NCBI GenBank assembly: GCA_003245835.1
Contig: QKCC01000046.1
Coordinates: 1 to 63,745, forward strand
Length of the DNA: 63,745 nucleotides
Source: Spirochaetales bacterium
Lineage (GTDB): Bacteria; Spirochaetota; Spirochaetia; UBA9216
Direction of reading: 5' to 3'
A model generated the notes under the pieces. That model worked only from the letters and a program-made list of their open reading frames with translations. It made no database searches and had not been told where the DNA came from. Shown in pieces: positions 28,151-37,732 of the stretch. The translations under genes and the position numbers were made by a program. How positions within the stretch are numbered: position 1 is the first letter of the stretch; every line of letters starts with the position of its first letter.

Positions 28151-29444
28151 CCGGTTTCTGCTTTCAAACTGTACTGTTATATCTGAAAACCTTTTTATCG
28201 ATAACGGCAGTGTTCTTGTTGAGCACGGTAAAATAACCGGCGTTTTCGCTGGGCCCGATGCTGAAGGCGTTGAAGATACACCTGTTTACGATCTCGGCGG
28301 ACGAATCCTGATGCCGGGACTCGTTAATCCCCACACCCATCTCTATTCGGCATTATCGGCAGGCTTGTCACCTAAGGGGCAAACCCGGAACTTTACCGAA
28401 GTATTATCAAATCTATGGTGGCCGCTTGACTCTGCGCATGATGAAGAATCAATTTACTGCAGCGCGGTATCAGGAATCTTTGATGCCGTAAAACACGGGG
28501 TTACATGTATAGTTGATCATCATGCCTCCATGAACCGGGTAAAAGGCAGCCTCGATACCATCGCTTCCGCTTTCAGACTCTCAGGATTAAAGGGTATACT
28601 CTGTTTCGAGACTTCTGACAGATCCGGAGTTGAAAAATCGGGAACTCATATAGAAGAAAATCTGAGGTTCATCGATGAAAATATGAACAGCAGCAATCTG
28701 CGCGGAATGCTTGGGATGCACGCCAACCTGACACTTTCGGATAAAACCCTGAAGACAGCTGCCGACCTGACAGGACGAAACCCTGAAAAATATCCGGTAC
28801 ATATCCATTGCGGGGAAGATAAATCCGATACTGATTTCTGTATCGAACAGGGGTTTTCAGGCCCGGTAGACAGGCTTAACAGCTACGGGCTGCTTTCAAA
28901 TGGTTCAATTCTGGCGCATTGCATTCACCTGTCTTTTCGTGATCTGGATATCCTTCGTGATTTATCACCCTTCATTGTCAGCAACCCTGAATCCAATGCA
29001 AACAACAGAGTCGGAAAACCCGATAGATCGGCATTTCCTTCCTATCTGATTGGGACCGACGGAATGAGTATGGATATGATTTCATCCCTCCGTTCGCAGT
29101 TTCTTCTCGGTACAGGCCTTTCCGAAGATTTCGGCAGTCTTTATGAAAGTTTTTTCAATCAGCCCCGACAGTTGTTAAAATATTTTTTCCCCGGGACAGG
29201 ACTCATAGAAAACGGATTTGATGCAGACATCGCTGTACTTGACTACATTCCCGAAACACCTATCAGCGCGGAAAATATAATGGGACATCTAATCTACGGC
29301 GCGCGGGGCGGCAGGGTCTACATGACCGTAGCCGCAGGCAATATACTCTACCTTGACGGGAAATTAACATTTACATCAGAAGCATCGCTGCGCAGCCGTA
29401 TTAAATCGGCGGCGGCGGATCTGCACAGGAGGTATTATGGCTGA
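28143..29444 (+). CDS. ssnA: SsnA-like amidohydrolase
   Basis: PGLVNPHTHLYS, LWWPLD, DHHAS, GMHANLTLS, HIHCGE, NPESNANNRVG, GTDG; start ATG 28143. Confidence 0.8.
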   Translation: MNSRFLLSNCTVISENLFIDNGSVLVEHGKITGVFAGPDAEGVEDTPVYDLGGRILMPGLVNPHTHLYSALSAGLSPKGQTRNFTEVLSNLWWPLDSAHDEESIYCSAVSGIFDAVKHGVTCIVDHHASMNRVKGSLDTIASAFRLSGLKGILCFETSDRSGVEKSGTHIEENLRFIDENMNSSNLRGMLGMHANLTLSDKTLKTAADLTGRNPEKYPVHIHCGEDKSDTDFCIEQGFSGPVDRLNSYGLLSNGSILAHCIHLSFRDLDILRDLSPFIVSNPESNANNRVGKPDRSAFPSYLIGTDGMSMDMISSLRSQFLLGTGLSEDFGSLYESFFNQPRQLLKYFFPGTGLIENGFDADIAVLDYIPETPISAENIMGHLIYGARGGRVYMTVAAGNILYLDGKLTFTSEASLRSRIKSAAADLHRRYYG

Positions 29445-30345
29445 TTTAAGTTCTGAAGTATTCGGCATAAAATTCAGGAACCCTGTCATGCCTGCCGCCG
29501 GGCCGAATGTAAAGAATTCTGGCCTTATGATTGCTGCCGCAGAAAAGGGCGCCGGTGCGGTTGTATCCAAGACCTTCTCTGTCAAACCGGCGGAAGATCC
29601 GAGGCCTACCATGAAAAAAACTGTGTCGGGGGGCCTTCTGAACTGTGAAACATGGCTTGAGGACAGCTATGAAAATTTCCTTTACGAATTGAAAAAAGTT
29701 CGGCAGGAAACCTCTGAACCGCTGATTGTCTCGATCGGATACAGCGCGGATGATGTCGCTTTCCTCGGCAGTCTGCTCGAGAAAGAAATTCAGCCTGATG
29801 CCATTGAATTTTCAACCCACTACACCGGAAGCAGCATAGATCCACTTTTAAAGGTAGCTGATTCGCTCAAAAGCAGCGTTAAAGTACCTGTACTGATGAA
29901 ACTTTCACCCGGTTTTCCGGCTATCGAAGAACTTGTCCGCGAGGCTGATTCAATCGTTGACGGCTTTGTTGCAGTTAATTCTATCGGCCCGGCGCTCGAC
30001 TTCGACCCGGTCAAATGCAGGCCGTCCCTCGGTTCCGAATGGGGACAGGGCTGGCTTTCCGGTCCGCCGCTGATGCCGATTGCCCTTGGGCTTGTTTACC
30101 GCCTCTCAGAAATTGCAGCAAAGCCGATAATCGGAGTCGGAGGCATATCTTCAGGCATAGATGCTGTGAAATTTCTTATGGCAGGTGCCTCGCTTGTTCA
30201 GGTTTGTACGGCGGCGATTCACGGAGGACCGGCTACATACGGACAGATAGCCTCCGGGCTGTCAGAATGGCTTGATTCAAACGGATACGCAAGCATAGCT
30301 GAAATCCGAAACATGTATAAAGAGAATATTAAAAAACGGAGCTGA
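29437..30345 (+). CDS. Dihydroorotate/dihydropyrimidine dehydrogenase-like FMN enzyme
   Basis: NPVMPAAGP, VVSKT, PVLMKLSP, GWLSGP, IIGVGGI, AGASLVQVCT. The catalytic loop reads EFSTHY instead of NxSCPN/H. Confidence 0.8.
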   Translation: MADLSSEVFGIKFRNPVMPAAGPNVKNSGLMIAAAEKGAGAVVSKTFSVKPAEDPRPTMKKTVSGGLLNCETWLEDSYENFLYELKKVRQETSEPLIVSIGYSADDVAFLGSLLEKEIQPDAIEFSTHYTGSSIDPLLKVADSLKSSVKVPVLMKLSPGFPAIEELVREADSIVDGFVAVNSIGPALDFDPVKCRPSLGSEWGQGWLSGPPLMPIALGLVYRLSEIAAKPIIGVGGISSGIDAVKFLMAGASLVQVCTAAIHGGPATYGQIASGLSEWLDSNGYASIAEIRNMYKENIKKRS

Positions 30346-30347
30346 TT

Positions 30348-31559
30348 ATGGGAGTAGACACAGGTATTTATAAAAATATACGGGAACTTTCTGAAAAATA
30401 CAAAGATTATACGTCAGAACTGCTTTCCGATATTGTAAAAATTCCGAGTTTCAGCGGTCAGGAAGAGGCAGTAATTAAAAAACTTGAACAACTCTGTACC
30501 CGCGCAGGTTTTGATGAGGTATATGTTGACGGACTAGGCAACCTTGTCGGCAGAATAGGAAGCGGACCTAAAAAGATAGCGTTCGATGCACATATAGATA
30601 CCGTGACAGTCGGTGATCCGGGGCAATGGAAGACTGATCCTTTTTCAGGCATAATTACAGATGAGCTTGTTCTTGGCCGGGGTTCAACCGATCAGAAAGG
30701 CGGTGCCGCGGCTATGATAACCGCCGGCCGAATTCTTAAAGAACTTGATTACACCGGCCGATTTACAGTCTTCTTCACTTTTACGGTTATGGAAGAAGAC
30801 TGTGACGGAATGTGCTGGAAATACCTTATCGAAGAAGAAAAGCTCGTTCCCGATTTTTTTGTCAGCACCGAACCTTCCTCATGCAATCTTTACAGGGGGC
30901 ATCGAGGCAGAATGGAGATGAAGGTTAAATTCAGGGGAATCTCGTGTCACGGTTCAGCTCCGGAGCGCGGCGACAGTGCCGCTTACAAGGCAGCGCGCGG
31001 TGCTCTTGCCGTTGAAAAGCTTAACGAAGATCTTAAACCTGACGATGAAAATTTTCTCGGCAAGGGTACAGTTGTTGTTTCTAAAATGTCGGCGGAGGGT
31101 CCGTCACAATGTGCCGTTCCCGATACCGCGGAACTCTACCTTGACCGGCGGCTCACCTGGGGAGAGACACAGGAAATTGCAGTTGAACAGATAAAGAAAA
31201 TAATTCCCGAATGTGAAGATGTAATTGTTCCCTACTACGACAAAACCAGCTGGAAAGGTACCGTTTACGGCCAGGAATTGTATTTCCCGACCTGGAAGAT
31301 TGAATATGATCATCCGCTCGTCACTTCCGGAGTCGAAGGATACAGGCAGCTTTATCAAGCTGATGTAAAGGTCGATAAATGGACCTTCTCCACGAACGCT
31401 GTTGCGGTATGCGGCCGGTACCAGATTCCTACGATAGGCTTCGGTCCCGGTGACGAAAACCAGGCGCATGCTCCGAATGAGGTAAACCGGACAGATGATC
31501 TTGTAAAATGCAGCGCATTCTACGCGGCGCTGGTTTACAGCCTGGAGGATATGTTATGA
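30348..31559 (+). CDS. ygeY: YgeY-family M20 metallohydrolase
   Basis: FDAHIDTV, GRGSTDQKGG, EEDCDG, RGHRGRME, WTFSTN, AHAPNE. Confidence 0.9.
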   Translation: MGVDTGIYKNIRELSEKYKDYTSELLSDIVKIPSFSGQEEAVIKKLEQLCTRAGFDEVYVDGLGNLVGRIGSGPKKIAFDAHIDTVTVGDPGQWKTDPFSGIITDELVLGRGSTDQKGGAAAMITAGRILKELDYTGRFTVFFTFTVMEEDCDGMCWKYLIEEEKLVPDFFVSTEPSSCNLYRGHRGRMEMKVKFRGISCHGSAPERGDSAAYKAARGALAVEKLNEDLKPDDENFLGKGTVVVSKMSAEGPSQCAVPDTAELYLDRRLTWGETQEIAVEQIKKIIPECEDVIVPYYDKTSWKGTVYGQELYFPTWKIEYDHPLVTSGVEGYRQLYQADVKVDKWTFSTNAVAVCGRYQIPTIGFGPGDENQAHAPNEVNRTDDLVKCSAFYAALVYSLEDML

Positions 31560-32716
31560 AATTCTACTATAAATGCCTCGAATGCGGTTTGACATACGAT
31601 ATAAAACCGGGCGTATACCTCTGCCCGGCATGCAAGAATGCCGCAGCCCCGGGAAGACCTCCGCGCGGTGTTCTTGAAACTGTCTGTGAAGGCAGCCCGG
31701 AAAGCTCGCCGCAGACCAACCCTGTTGATTTCATTCACAATTTTCTGCCGGTCGAAAAAGAGTTTTTCCCGCCTGTACCTGTCGGCGGCACACCCCTGTG
31801 GCAGCCTGAAAACCTGCGGAACCTGCTTGGACTTAAAAATCTTTATATTAAAGACGATACAGCCAACCCTACCGGCTCGCTTAAAGACCGGGCATCATAC
31901 CTTGTTGCGGCCTTTGCAAGAAAATACGGAATAAAAGACATTGTAGTAGCATCCACCGGCAATGCCGCGTCATCGATGGCAGGCATCGGTGCAGCTGCCG
32001 GGCTGAATGTAAAAATTTTTATTCCATCCTCGGCACCTAAAGCCAAAAGAGTTCAGGCGCTTCAATACGGAGCGGAAGTCAACCTTGTTGACGGTACTTA
32101 TGACCTGGCATTCGACAAGTCTATCGAATACACAATTAAAAACGGCGGGCTGAACCGGAATACCGCGTACAACCCGCTTACAATCGCGGGTAAAAAAACT
32201 GCAGCGCTTGAAATCTACACAAACCTGGGGCGTGTTCCTGATCATGTGCTTGTGCCGGTCGGTGACGGTGTTATTATCGGAGGTCTGTACCGGGGCTTTG
32301 CCGATCTTTACGAAAAAGGCTTTACCGATAAAATTCCTGTTATTTATTCAGTTCAGGCGGAAGGTTCTTCTGCTGTCAACAGGGCGCTTGATAATGGCGA
32401 TTTTTCAGACCCTGTACCTTCGAATACAATTGCAGATTCAATTTCTGTTGACGTTCCCAGAAACGGGTATTACGCTTTAAGTATGTTAAAAAAATATAAC
32501 GGAAAAGGCATTACAGTTTCAGATGGAGAAATACTCTCTGCGCAGAAAATGCTTTCTTCTTCCACAGGACTTTTTGCCGAACCGTCTTCCGCTTCAGTTC
32601 TTGCCGGACTTCTTAGAATTCGTGAAGGAATCGGTGAAAATGCTGTTACAGTTATGCTTGTTACAGGAAGCGGGCTGAAAGATATCGACGGCGCCATGAA
32701 GGCTTTGGAAATATGA
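31556..32716 (+). CDS. Threonine-synthase-like PLP fold-type II enzyme (possible diaminopropionate ammonia-lyase substitute)
   Basis: N-terminal CxxC..CxxC, NPTGSLKDR (PLP Lys), ASTGNAASS, VPVGDG, TGSGLKD; ATGA overlap with ygeY. Confidence 0.8.
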   Translation: MKFYYKCLECGLTYDIKPGVYLCPACKNAAAPGRPPRGVLETVCEGSPESSPQTNPVDFIHNFLPVEKEFFPPVPVGGTPLWQPENLRNLLGLKNLYIKDDTANPTGSLKDRASYLVAAFARKYGIKDIVVASTGNAASSMAGIGAAAGLNVKIFIPSSAPKAKRVQALQYGAEVNLVDGTYDLAFDKSIEYTIKNGGLNRNTAYNPLTIAGKKTAALEIYTNLGRVPDHVLVPVGDGVIIGGLYRGFADLYEKGFTDKIPVIYSVQAEGSSAVNRALDNGDFSDPVPSNTIADSISVDVPRNGYYALSMLKKYNGKGITVSDGEILSAQKMLSSSTGLFAEPSSASVLAGLLRIREGIGENAVTVMLVTGSGLKDIDGAMKALEI

Positions 32717-32726
32717 GGAGAGTTTA

Positions 32727-34892
32727 GTGCATAAGATAAGCCAGCCGGTTAAACGTAATGATTCGGCTCCGAAGGCATCAGGATCAGCTGTTTATACAGC
32801 TGATATAAAAAAAACCGGAATGCTTTATCTTTCGGTACTCTCGTCCGATTTTCAGCACGGCAGGATAATAAGAATAAACTATCCTGAAATACCTTCCGGT
32901 TATACCGTTATTACTTCAAAAGACTTTCCGGGTATGAACCGTGCAAGTATAGTTGCGCGGGACTGGCCTTTTTTTGCAGAAAATGAAGTTCTTTACTACG
33001 GTCAGCCGGTGCTGGGAATAGCCGGACCTGATTTGGAAACCTGTGAAAAACTTTGTTCCCGTTTCAGCATTGAATATGAAGAACTCCCGGCTGTATCTGT
33101 TATCGAAGAAGCAGCTGAACATTTTAATGATTTTTCTATAATTAAAGGTGATCCGAAATCGGCTTTTACGTCAGCAGATAAGATATTTGAATTTTCCTTT
33201 AAAACCGGCATGCAGGAACAGGCGTACATGGAGCCCCAGGGGATGATTGCCGAATTTGTAAACGGTAAACTGACAATTACGGGTTCGCTTCAGTGCCCCT
33301 ATTACATCAAAAATTCCCTGATGAATGCCTTCGACTTAAAACCCGACAAAGTCAGAATAATTCAGGCTGCAACCGGCGGAGCTTTCGGAGGGAAGGAGGA
33401 CTATCCTTCGATACTATCAGGTCAGGCAGCTGCCGCAGCGATTGCGACAGGAAGACCTGTAAAGATCATTCTTGACCGGCGGAATGACATGAAGGTTACT
33501 CCCAAAAGACATCCGTCACTTATTACATTTAAAACCGCAGTAGACAGTTCCGGAAACATTACAGCTATGGATATTGACTGCAGACTCGATGCCGGCGCAT
33601 ACCAGACACTCTCCGGCGTTGTGCTTGAACGTGCCATATTTATAGCGACAGGCGCCTATAATATAACAAATGTCCGGGTCCGCGGCAGAACTATGAAAAC
33701 AAATCATGTTCCTTCGGGGGCCTTCAGGGGCTTCGGCGGGCCGCAGGCCCTGTTCGCCGCAGAAATGAACATGCATAATATTGCACACGAACTTGGACTG
33801 CCCCCACTCGAATTGAAAAGGAAATATCTTTATCGCCGCGGGGACAGATCGGTTACCAGCGGAACTTTTCGCGACGAAATCAAATTTGATGAGATGCTTG
33901 ATAAAATTGAATATGCTTCAGGCTACAGCCAAAAATGGCTTGAATATTCAAACCGGAAACACATCGCTAATGCTCCCCGACGCGGTATAGGAATTTCTTT
34001 TGCAGCACACGGCGGTGCTTTTACCGGAAGCGGCGAGCAGGACATGATAAAAAGCCTTGTACGTGTTGAAGCAGGGCAAAACCGTTTTAACGATAAGGAT
34101 TATGAAATCAGAATACTTGTCTCAAACGTTGAAATGGGCCAGGGAGCGTCAGTTACCCTTCAAAAAATAGCGGCTGAAGCGATGGAACTTCCCCTTAATA
34201 AAGTTTTTTTCACAACCCCCGATACAGATCTTGTACCGGATTCCGGACCTACGGTCGCTTCCAGAACAATTATGATTGTTGGGAAACTCCTTCACGATGC
34301 GGCAGCAGATCTGAAACAGAAGATGAACGATATGAAGGCATCCGATTTTTCAGCATCATTGTCAGCCGGCAACATCCTCTATTCAGAAAAGCGTTACGTA
34401 CAGCCCGAAGAAATGTCCTGGGATGAATCCACCTTCACCGGGGACGCCTACCCCGGATATTCCTGGTCGGTTAATGTGGTTGAGGTTGAAGTCGATCCCG
34501 TTACATTCGAAATCAGGGTAGCAGGATCCTGGGCGGTGTACGATGTGGGTACACCGATTGATACAATCATACTCAAGGGCCAGATGCAGGGAGGAACTGT
34601 TCAAAGCCTTGCATATTCATCAATTGAAAAAATGGAAATGATAAACGGAAAACCTGCACAGGCGTCTTTTACCGATTACACTATTCCCACCACGCTTGAT
34701 TTTCCCGATACCGAATGTATTTTCGTTGACAACCCCTACAAATACGGACCGTTCGGCGCAAAGGCTGCCGGTGAACTGCCCAACGAGGGTCCGGCCGGGG
34801 CTTTTGCCGCGGCGGTTTCTCAGGCTACAGGACTTCGAATAAACTCTATACCTGTCACTCCTGAAATGCTGGAGGCAATGATTAATGAATGA
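32727..34892 (+). CDS. Xanthine dehydrogenase family molybdopterin-binding subunit (second complex)
   Basis: QAYMEPQG, GGAFGGKED, GAFRGFGGPQ, GPTVASR, GAKAAGE; GTG start with GAGGAG SD. Confidence 0.9.
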   Translation: MHKISQPVKRNDSAPKASGSAVYTADIKKTGMLYLSVLSSDFQHGRIIRINYPEIPSGYTVITSKDFPGMNRASIVARDWPFFAENEVLYYGQPVLGIAGPDLETCEKLCSRFSIEYEELPAVSVIEEAAEHFNDFSIIKGDPKSAFTSADKIFEFSFKTGMQEQAYMEPQGMIAEFVNGKLTITGSLQCPYYIKNSLMNAFDLKPDKVRIIQAATGGAFGGKEDYPSILSGQAAAAAIATGRPVKIILDRRNDMKVTPKRHPSLITFKTAVDSSGNITAMDIDCRLDAGAYQTLSGVVLERAIFIATGAYNITNVRVRGRTMKTNHVPSGAFRGFGGPQALFAAEMNMHNIAHELGLPPLELKRKYLYRRGDRSVTSGTFRDEIKFDEMLDKIEYASGYSQKWLEYSNRKHIANAPRRGIGISFAAHGGAFTGSGEQDMIKSLVRVEAGQNRFNDKDYEIRILVSNVEMGQGASVTLQKIAAEAMELPLNKVFFTTPDTDLVPDSGPTVASRTIMIVGKLLHDAAADLKQKMNDMKASDFSASLSAGNILYSEKRYVQPEEMSWDESTFTGDAYPGYSWSVNVVEVEVDPVTFEIRVAGSWAVYDVGTPIDTIILKGQMQGGTVQSLAYSSIEKMEMINGKPAQASFTDYTIPTTLDFPDTECIFVDNPYKYGPFGAKAAGELPNEGPAGAFAAAVSQATGLRINSIPVTPEMLEAMINE

Positions 34893-35406
34893 CCGAATTC
34901 TGCTTAATGTCAGCATAGACGGCCGGGACTGTTCCTTCGAAACCGAAACCGATCGCAGGCTGCTTGATTTGCTCCGTGAAGACGCGGGTATAACCGGGGT
35001 ACGGGAAGGCTGCGGCGAAGGCGAATGCGGAGCATGCAGTATATTTCTGGACGGGAAGCTCGTTAATTCATGCTGCATCCCGGCGGTTGCTGCCGACGGC
35101 AGCAGTATCGTCACAATCGAAGGTTTTTCAAAAACACCTGAGTTTGATATTATTTCAGACGCCTACGCCGAAGCCGGAGCCGTTCAGTGCGGCTTCTGCA
35201 CTCCGGGATTCATTATGGCGACGGCCGCGCTTTTACGCGAAATTCCGATCCCTGATGACAATCAAATAAGAACCGCACTTTCCGGCAACCTCTGCCGCTG
35301 TACAGGTTACAGCATGATAATTGATGCTGTCCGAATTGCTTCGAAAAATTTTCATTCGGCATCGAGCCCGCTCGATCAGCAGTACGGAGGCCTCAATGAT
35401 ACCTGA
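34885..35406 (+). CDS. (2Fe-2S) subunit of the second Xdh-family complex
   Basis: GCGEGECGAC, QCGFCTPG, GNLCRCTGY. Confidence 0.93.
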   Translation: MNDRILLNVSIDGRDCSFETETDRRLLDLLREDAGITGVREGCGEGECGACSIFLDGKLVNSCCIPAVAADGSSIVTIEGFSKTPEFDIISDAYAEAGAVQCGFCTPGFIMATAALLREIPIPDDNQIRTALSGNLCRCTGYSMIIDAVRIASKNFHSASSPLDQQYGGLNDT

Positions 35407-36277
35407 TTTTCCAATAAAGGCATCGGTTCTTAATCCTGAAACAATACCCGCAGCCCTGCAGCTGATGCAGAACGGGTTCAAACCTGTAGGCGGCGGCACT
35501 GACCTGATGGTCAGAAGGCATGCGGTGAAGAAGTCCGGTATTTATCCTGATAATTCGCTGTTCAGCACCCGGAAAATTAAAGGAACTGATACATATTCAG
35601 TATCCGGCAGACGCATAACGATAGGCAGCAGTCTGCCGCTTTCTGAAATTATAAAAATAAAAGAGCTCCCTCAGATACTTAAAGAATCACTGCTATCAAT
35701 CGCATCGCCTGGGCTGCGCAATACTGCAACTCTTGCAGGCAATATCTGCAATGCAAGCCCGGCGGCAGATTCGCTTCCGGCGCTTTATATTCTCGATGCT
35801 GTTATCCATACTGCTGAAACTGTCGAAGGCGAATCAGCGCCAGCAGTACGGAATATACCTGTTTCAGAATTCGTTACGGGACCGGGCAAAACTGTCCTGC
35901 CGGAAACCGCGCTTGTAACCGCGATAAGTTTTGATTATCCGTCCGAAACTGATTTTTTTTACAGGAAAATCGGAACCAGGGCGGCGAACGCTCTTTCCAA
36001 ACTGAGTATTGCTGCATTATGGAAAATTGAGGACGGCCGTTTTACCGATTTTCGCCTCTCAATAGGGGCCTGTGCGGCGACGGTTATCAGAAGTTCCGAT
36101 GCCGAAAACCTGATTATAGGATCTGCATTACCGGTTGATGATAAAATTCATTTGAATGCACTTAAAATATACGAAGGACTGATAAAACCCATCGATGATC
36201 AAAGAAGTACAGCACGCTACAGGAGGAACACAGCATTACGTCTGATTGAAGATATTTTTCATAACGGAGGTAGATAA
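35396..36277 (+). CDS. FAD-binding subunit of the second Xdh-family complex
   Basis: GGGTDLMV, LRNTATLAGNICNASPAAD, PIDDQRSTARYR; GGAGG SD before ATG 35396. Confidence 0.9.
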   Translation: MIPDFPIKASVLNPETIPAALQLMQNGFKPVGGGTDLMVRRHAVKKSGIYPDNSLFSTRKIKGTDTYSVSGRRITIGSSLPLSEIIKIKELPQILKESLLSIASPGLRNTATLAGNICNASPAADSLPALYILDAVIHTAETVEGESAPAVRNIPVSEFVTGPGKTVLPETALVTAISFDYPSETDFFYRKIGTRAANALSKLSIAALWKIEDGRFTDFRLSIGACAATVIRSSDAENLIIGSALPVDDKIHLNALKIYEGLIKPIDDQRSTARYRRNTALRLIEDIFHNGGR

Positions 36278-36278
36278 T

Positions 36279-37649
36279 ATGCTTGTTTTAAAAAACTGTT
36301 ACAGTATTTATACCGGAACTGAAATTCTTTATAACAAAAACATTCTAATCGAAAACAACATTATAACCAGGATAACAGATGCATCAGATAAATCCTGGAG
36401 GGATTCGGGATACGCATACGAGGTTATCGACTGTTCCGCACATATAGTTATTCCCGGAATGGTAAATACACATCATCATTTCTACCAGATACTGACAAGA
36501 AATCTTCCGGAGGTACAGAACGCTGAGCTGTTCGACTGGCTTGTTTACCTGTACGAAATATGGAAGAACCTTTCTCCGGAAGCCGTTTATTATTCCAGTC
36601 TTGCAGCAATAGCGGAACTTATGAAAACCGGATGCACATGCACCTCTGATCATCTTTATCTTTACCCGGCCGGTTTCGGCAAAGACATCATGTCTATTCA
36701 GTTTGATGCAGCGCAGAAGCTCGGCATACGGTTTTCTCCGACACGGGGCTCTATGTCTTTAAGCAAGAAAGACGGGGGACTTCCGCCTGATTCAGTAGTC
36801 CAGTCTGAAGATCAGATTCTTAAAGACAGCGAGCGGGTTATCAAGGCTTTTCACGACCCCTCCCCTCTGGCTATGAATAAAATTGTTCTTGCTCCATGCA
36901 GCCCGTTTTCGGTAACCGGCGGGCTGATGAAGGAAAGTGCTTCGCTTGCGCGGTCCAACGGAGTCAGACTGCATACCCACCTTGCCGAAACAAAAGATGA
37001 AAACAATTTCTGCGTTGAAAAATACGGCATGCGCCCGCTTGAACTTATGCAGAAATATGACTTCATCGGTCCGGATGTTTTTTATGCCCACGGGATTCAC
37101 TTCAATGATCAGGAGCTGGCCCTGCTCAAAGACAGCGGCTGCGGCATTAGCCACTGCCCTTCGTCCAATATGCGGTTGGGTTCGGGTATTGCCCGGGTTA
37201 GTGATATGCTTAAACAGGGCATTAAAGTATCGCTCGCTGTAGACGGTTCGGCTTCAAACGACAGTTCAGACATGCTCGGTGAAGCGCGGAATGCTCTTCT
37301 GCTTCAGAGAGTGCTCGGAGGTGCCGGTGCAATTACTGTTGAGCAGGTCATGGGCATGGCAACAAAAGGCGGGGCTGACATCCTCGGCTTTACCGAATGC
37401 GGCGAAATAGCCGAAGGAAAGGCGGCTGATATTGCAGCATTCAATCTTGACCATCCCGGATACGCCGGCTCGATAACAGATCCGCTGGCAGCTCTTCTGT
37501 TCTGCGGCTACAATCATGAAGCAGACTATACTATCGTTAACGGAAAGGTAACCGTCAGAAACGGCCATCTTACCGGTTTCGATCATGACCAGATTGTCTG
37601 GGAGGTAGATAGGTTTGCAGCCAGTCTTCTAAAAAAAGCGGCTAAATGA
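36279..37649 (+). CDS. 8-oxoguanine deaminase-like amidohydrolase
   Basis: NTHHHFYQ.LTR, LFDWL..LY, GGLPPDSVV, APCSPFSV, HTHLAET, HCPSSNMRLGSG, VDGSASND. Confidence 0.85.
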   Translation: MLVLKNCYSIYTGTEILYNKNILIENNIITRITDASDKSWRDSGYAYEVIDCSAHIVIPGMVNTHHHFYQILTRNLPEVQNAELFDWLVYLYEIWKNLSPEAVYYSSLAAIAELMKTGCTCTSDHLYLYPAGFGKDIMSIQFDAAQKLGIRFSPTRGSMSLSKKDGGLPPDSVVQSEDQILKDSERVIKAFHDPSPLAMNKIVLAPCSPFSVTGGLMKESASLARSNGVRLHTHLAETKDENNFCVEKYGMRPLELMQKYDFIGPDVFYAHGIHFNDQELALLKDSGCGISHCPSSNMRLGSGIARVSDMLKQGIKVSLAVDGSASNDSSDMLGEARNALLLQRVLGGAGAITVEQVMGMATKGGADILGFTECGEIAEGKAADIAAFNLDHPGYAGSITDPLAALLFCGYNHEADYTIVNGKVTVRNGHLTGFDHDQIVWEVDRFAASLLKKAAK

Positions 37650-37697
37650 ATTAACCTTTAACCTGTTTTGCCTTTTTTCTCCTGTTTTCTTTTTAAG

Positions 37698-37726
37698 TTG
37701 CGCTGGTTTTATATAGGTTTTATACT
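37698..37726 (+). promoter_or_regulatory. ygeW promoter, leaderless geometry
   Basis: TTGCGC-17nt-TATACT-6nt-ATG(37733); no SD. Confidence 0.65.
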
Positions 37727-37732
37727 GCATTT

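Noticed and set aside
29437-30345. Calling this gene pyrD or preA
   Set aside because: The catalytic Cys loop is altered and the partner subunit and Fe-S domain are absent.
31556-32716. Calling this gene thrC
   Set aside because: The catabolic context and absence of threonine pathway neighbours make the symbol unsafe.
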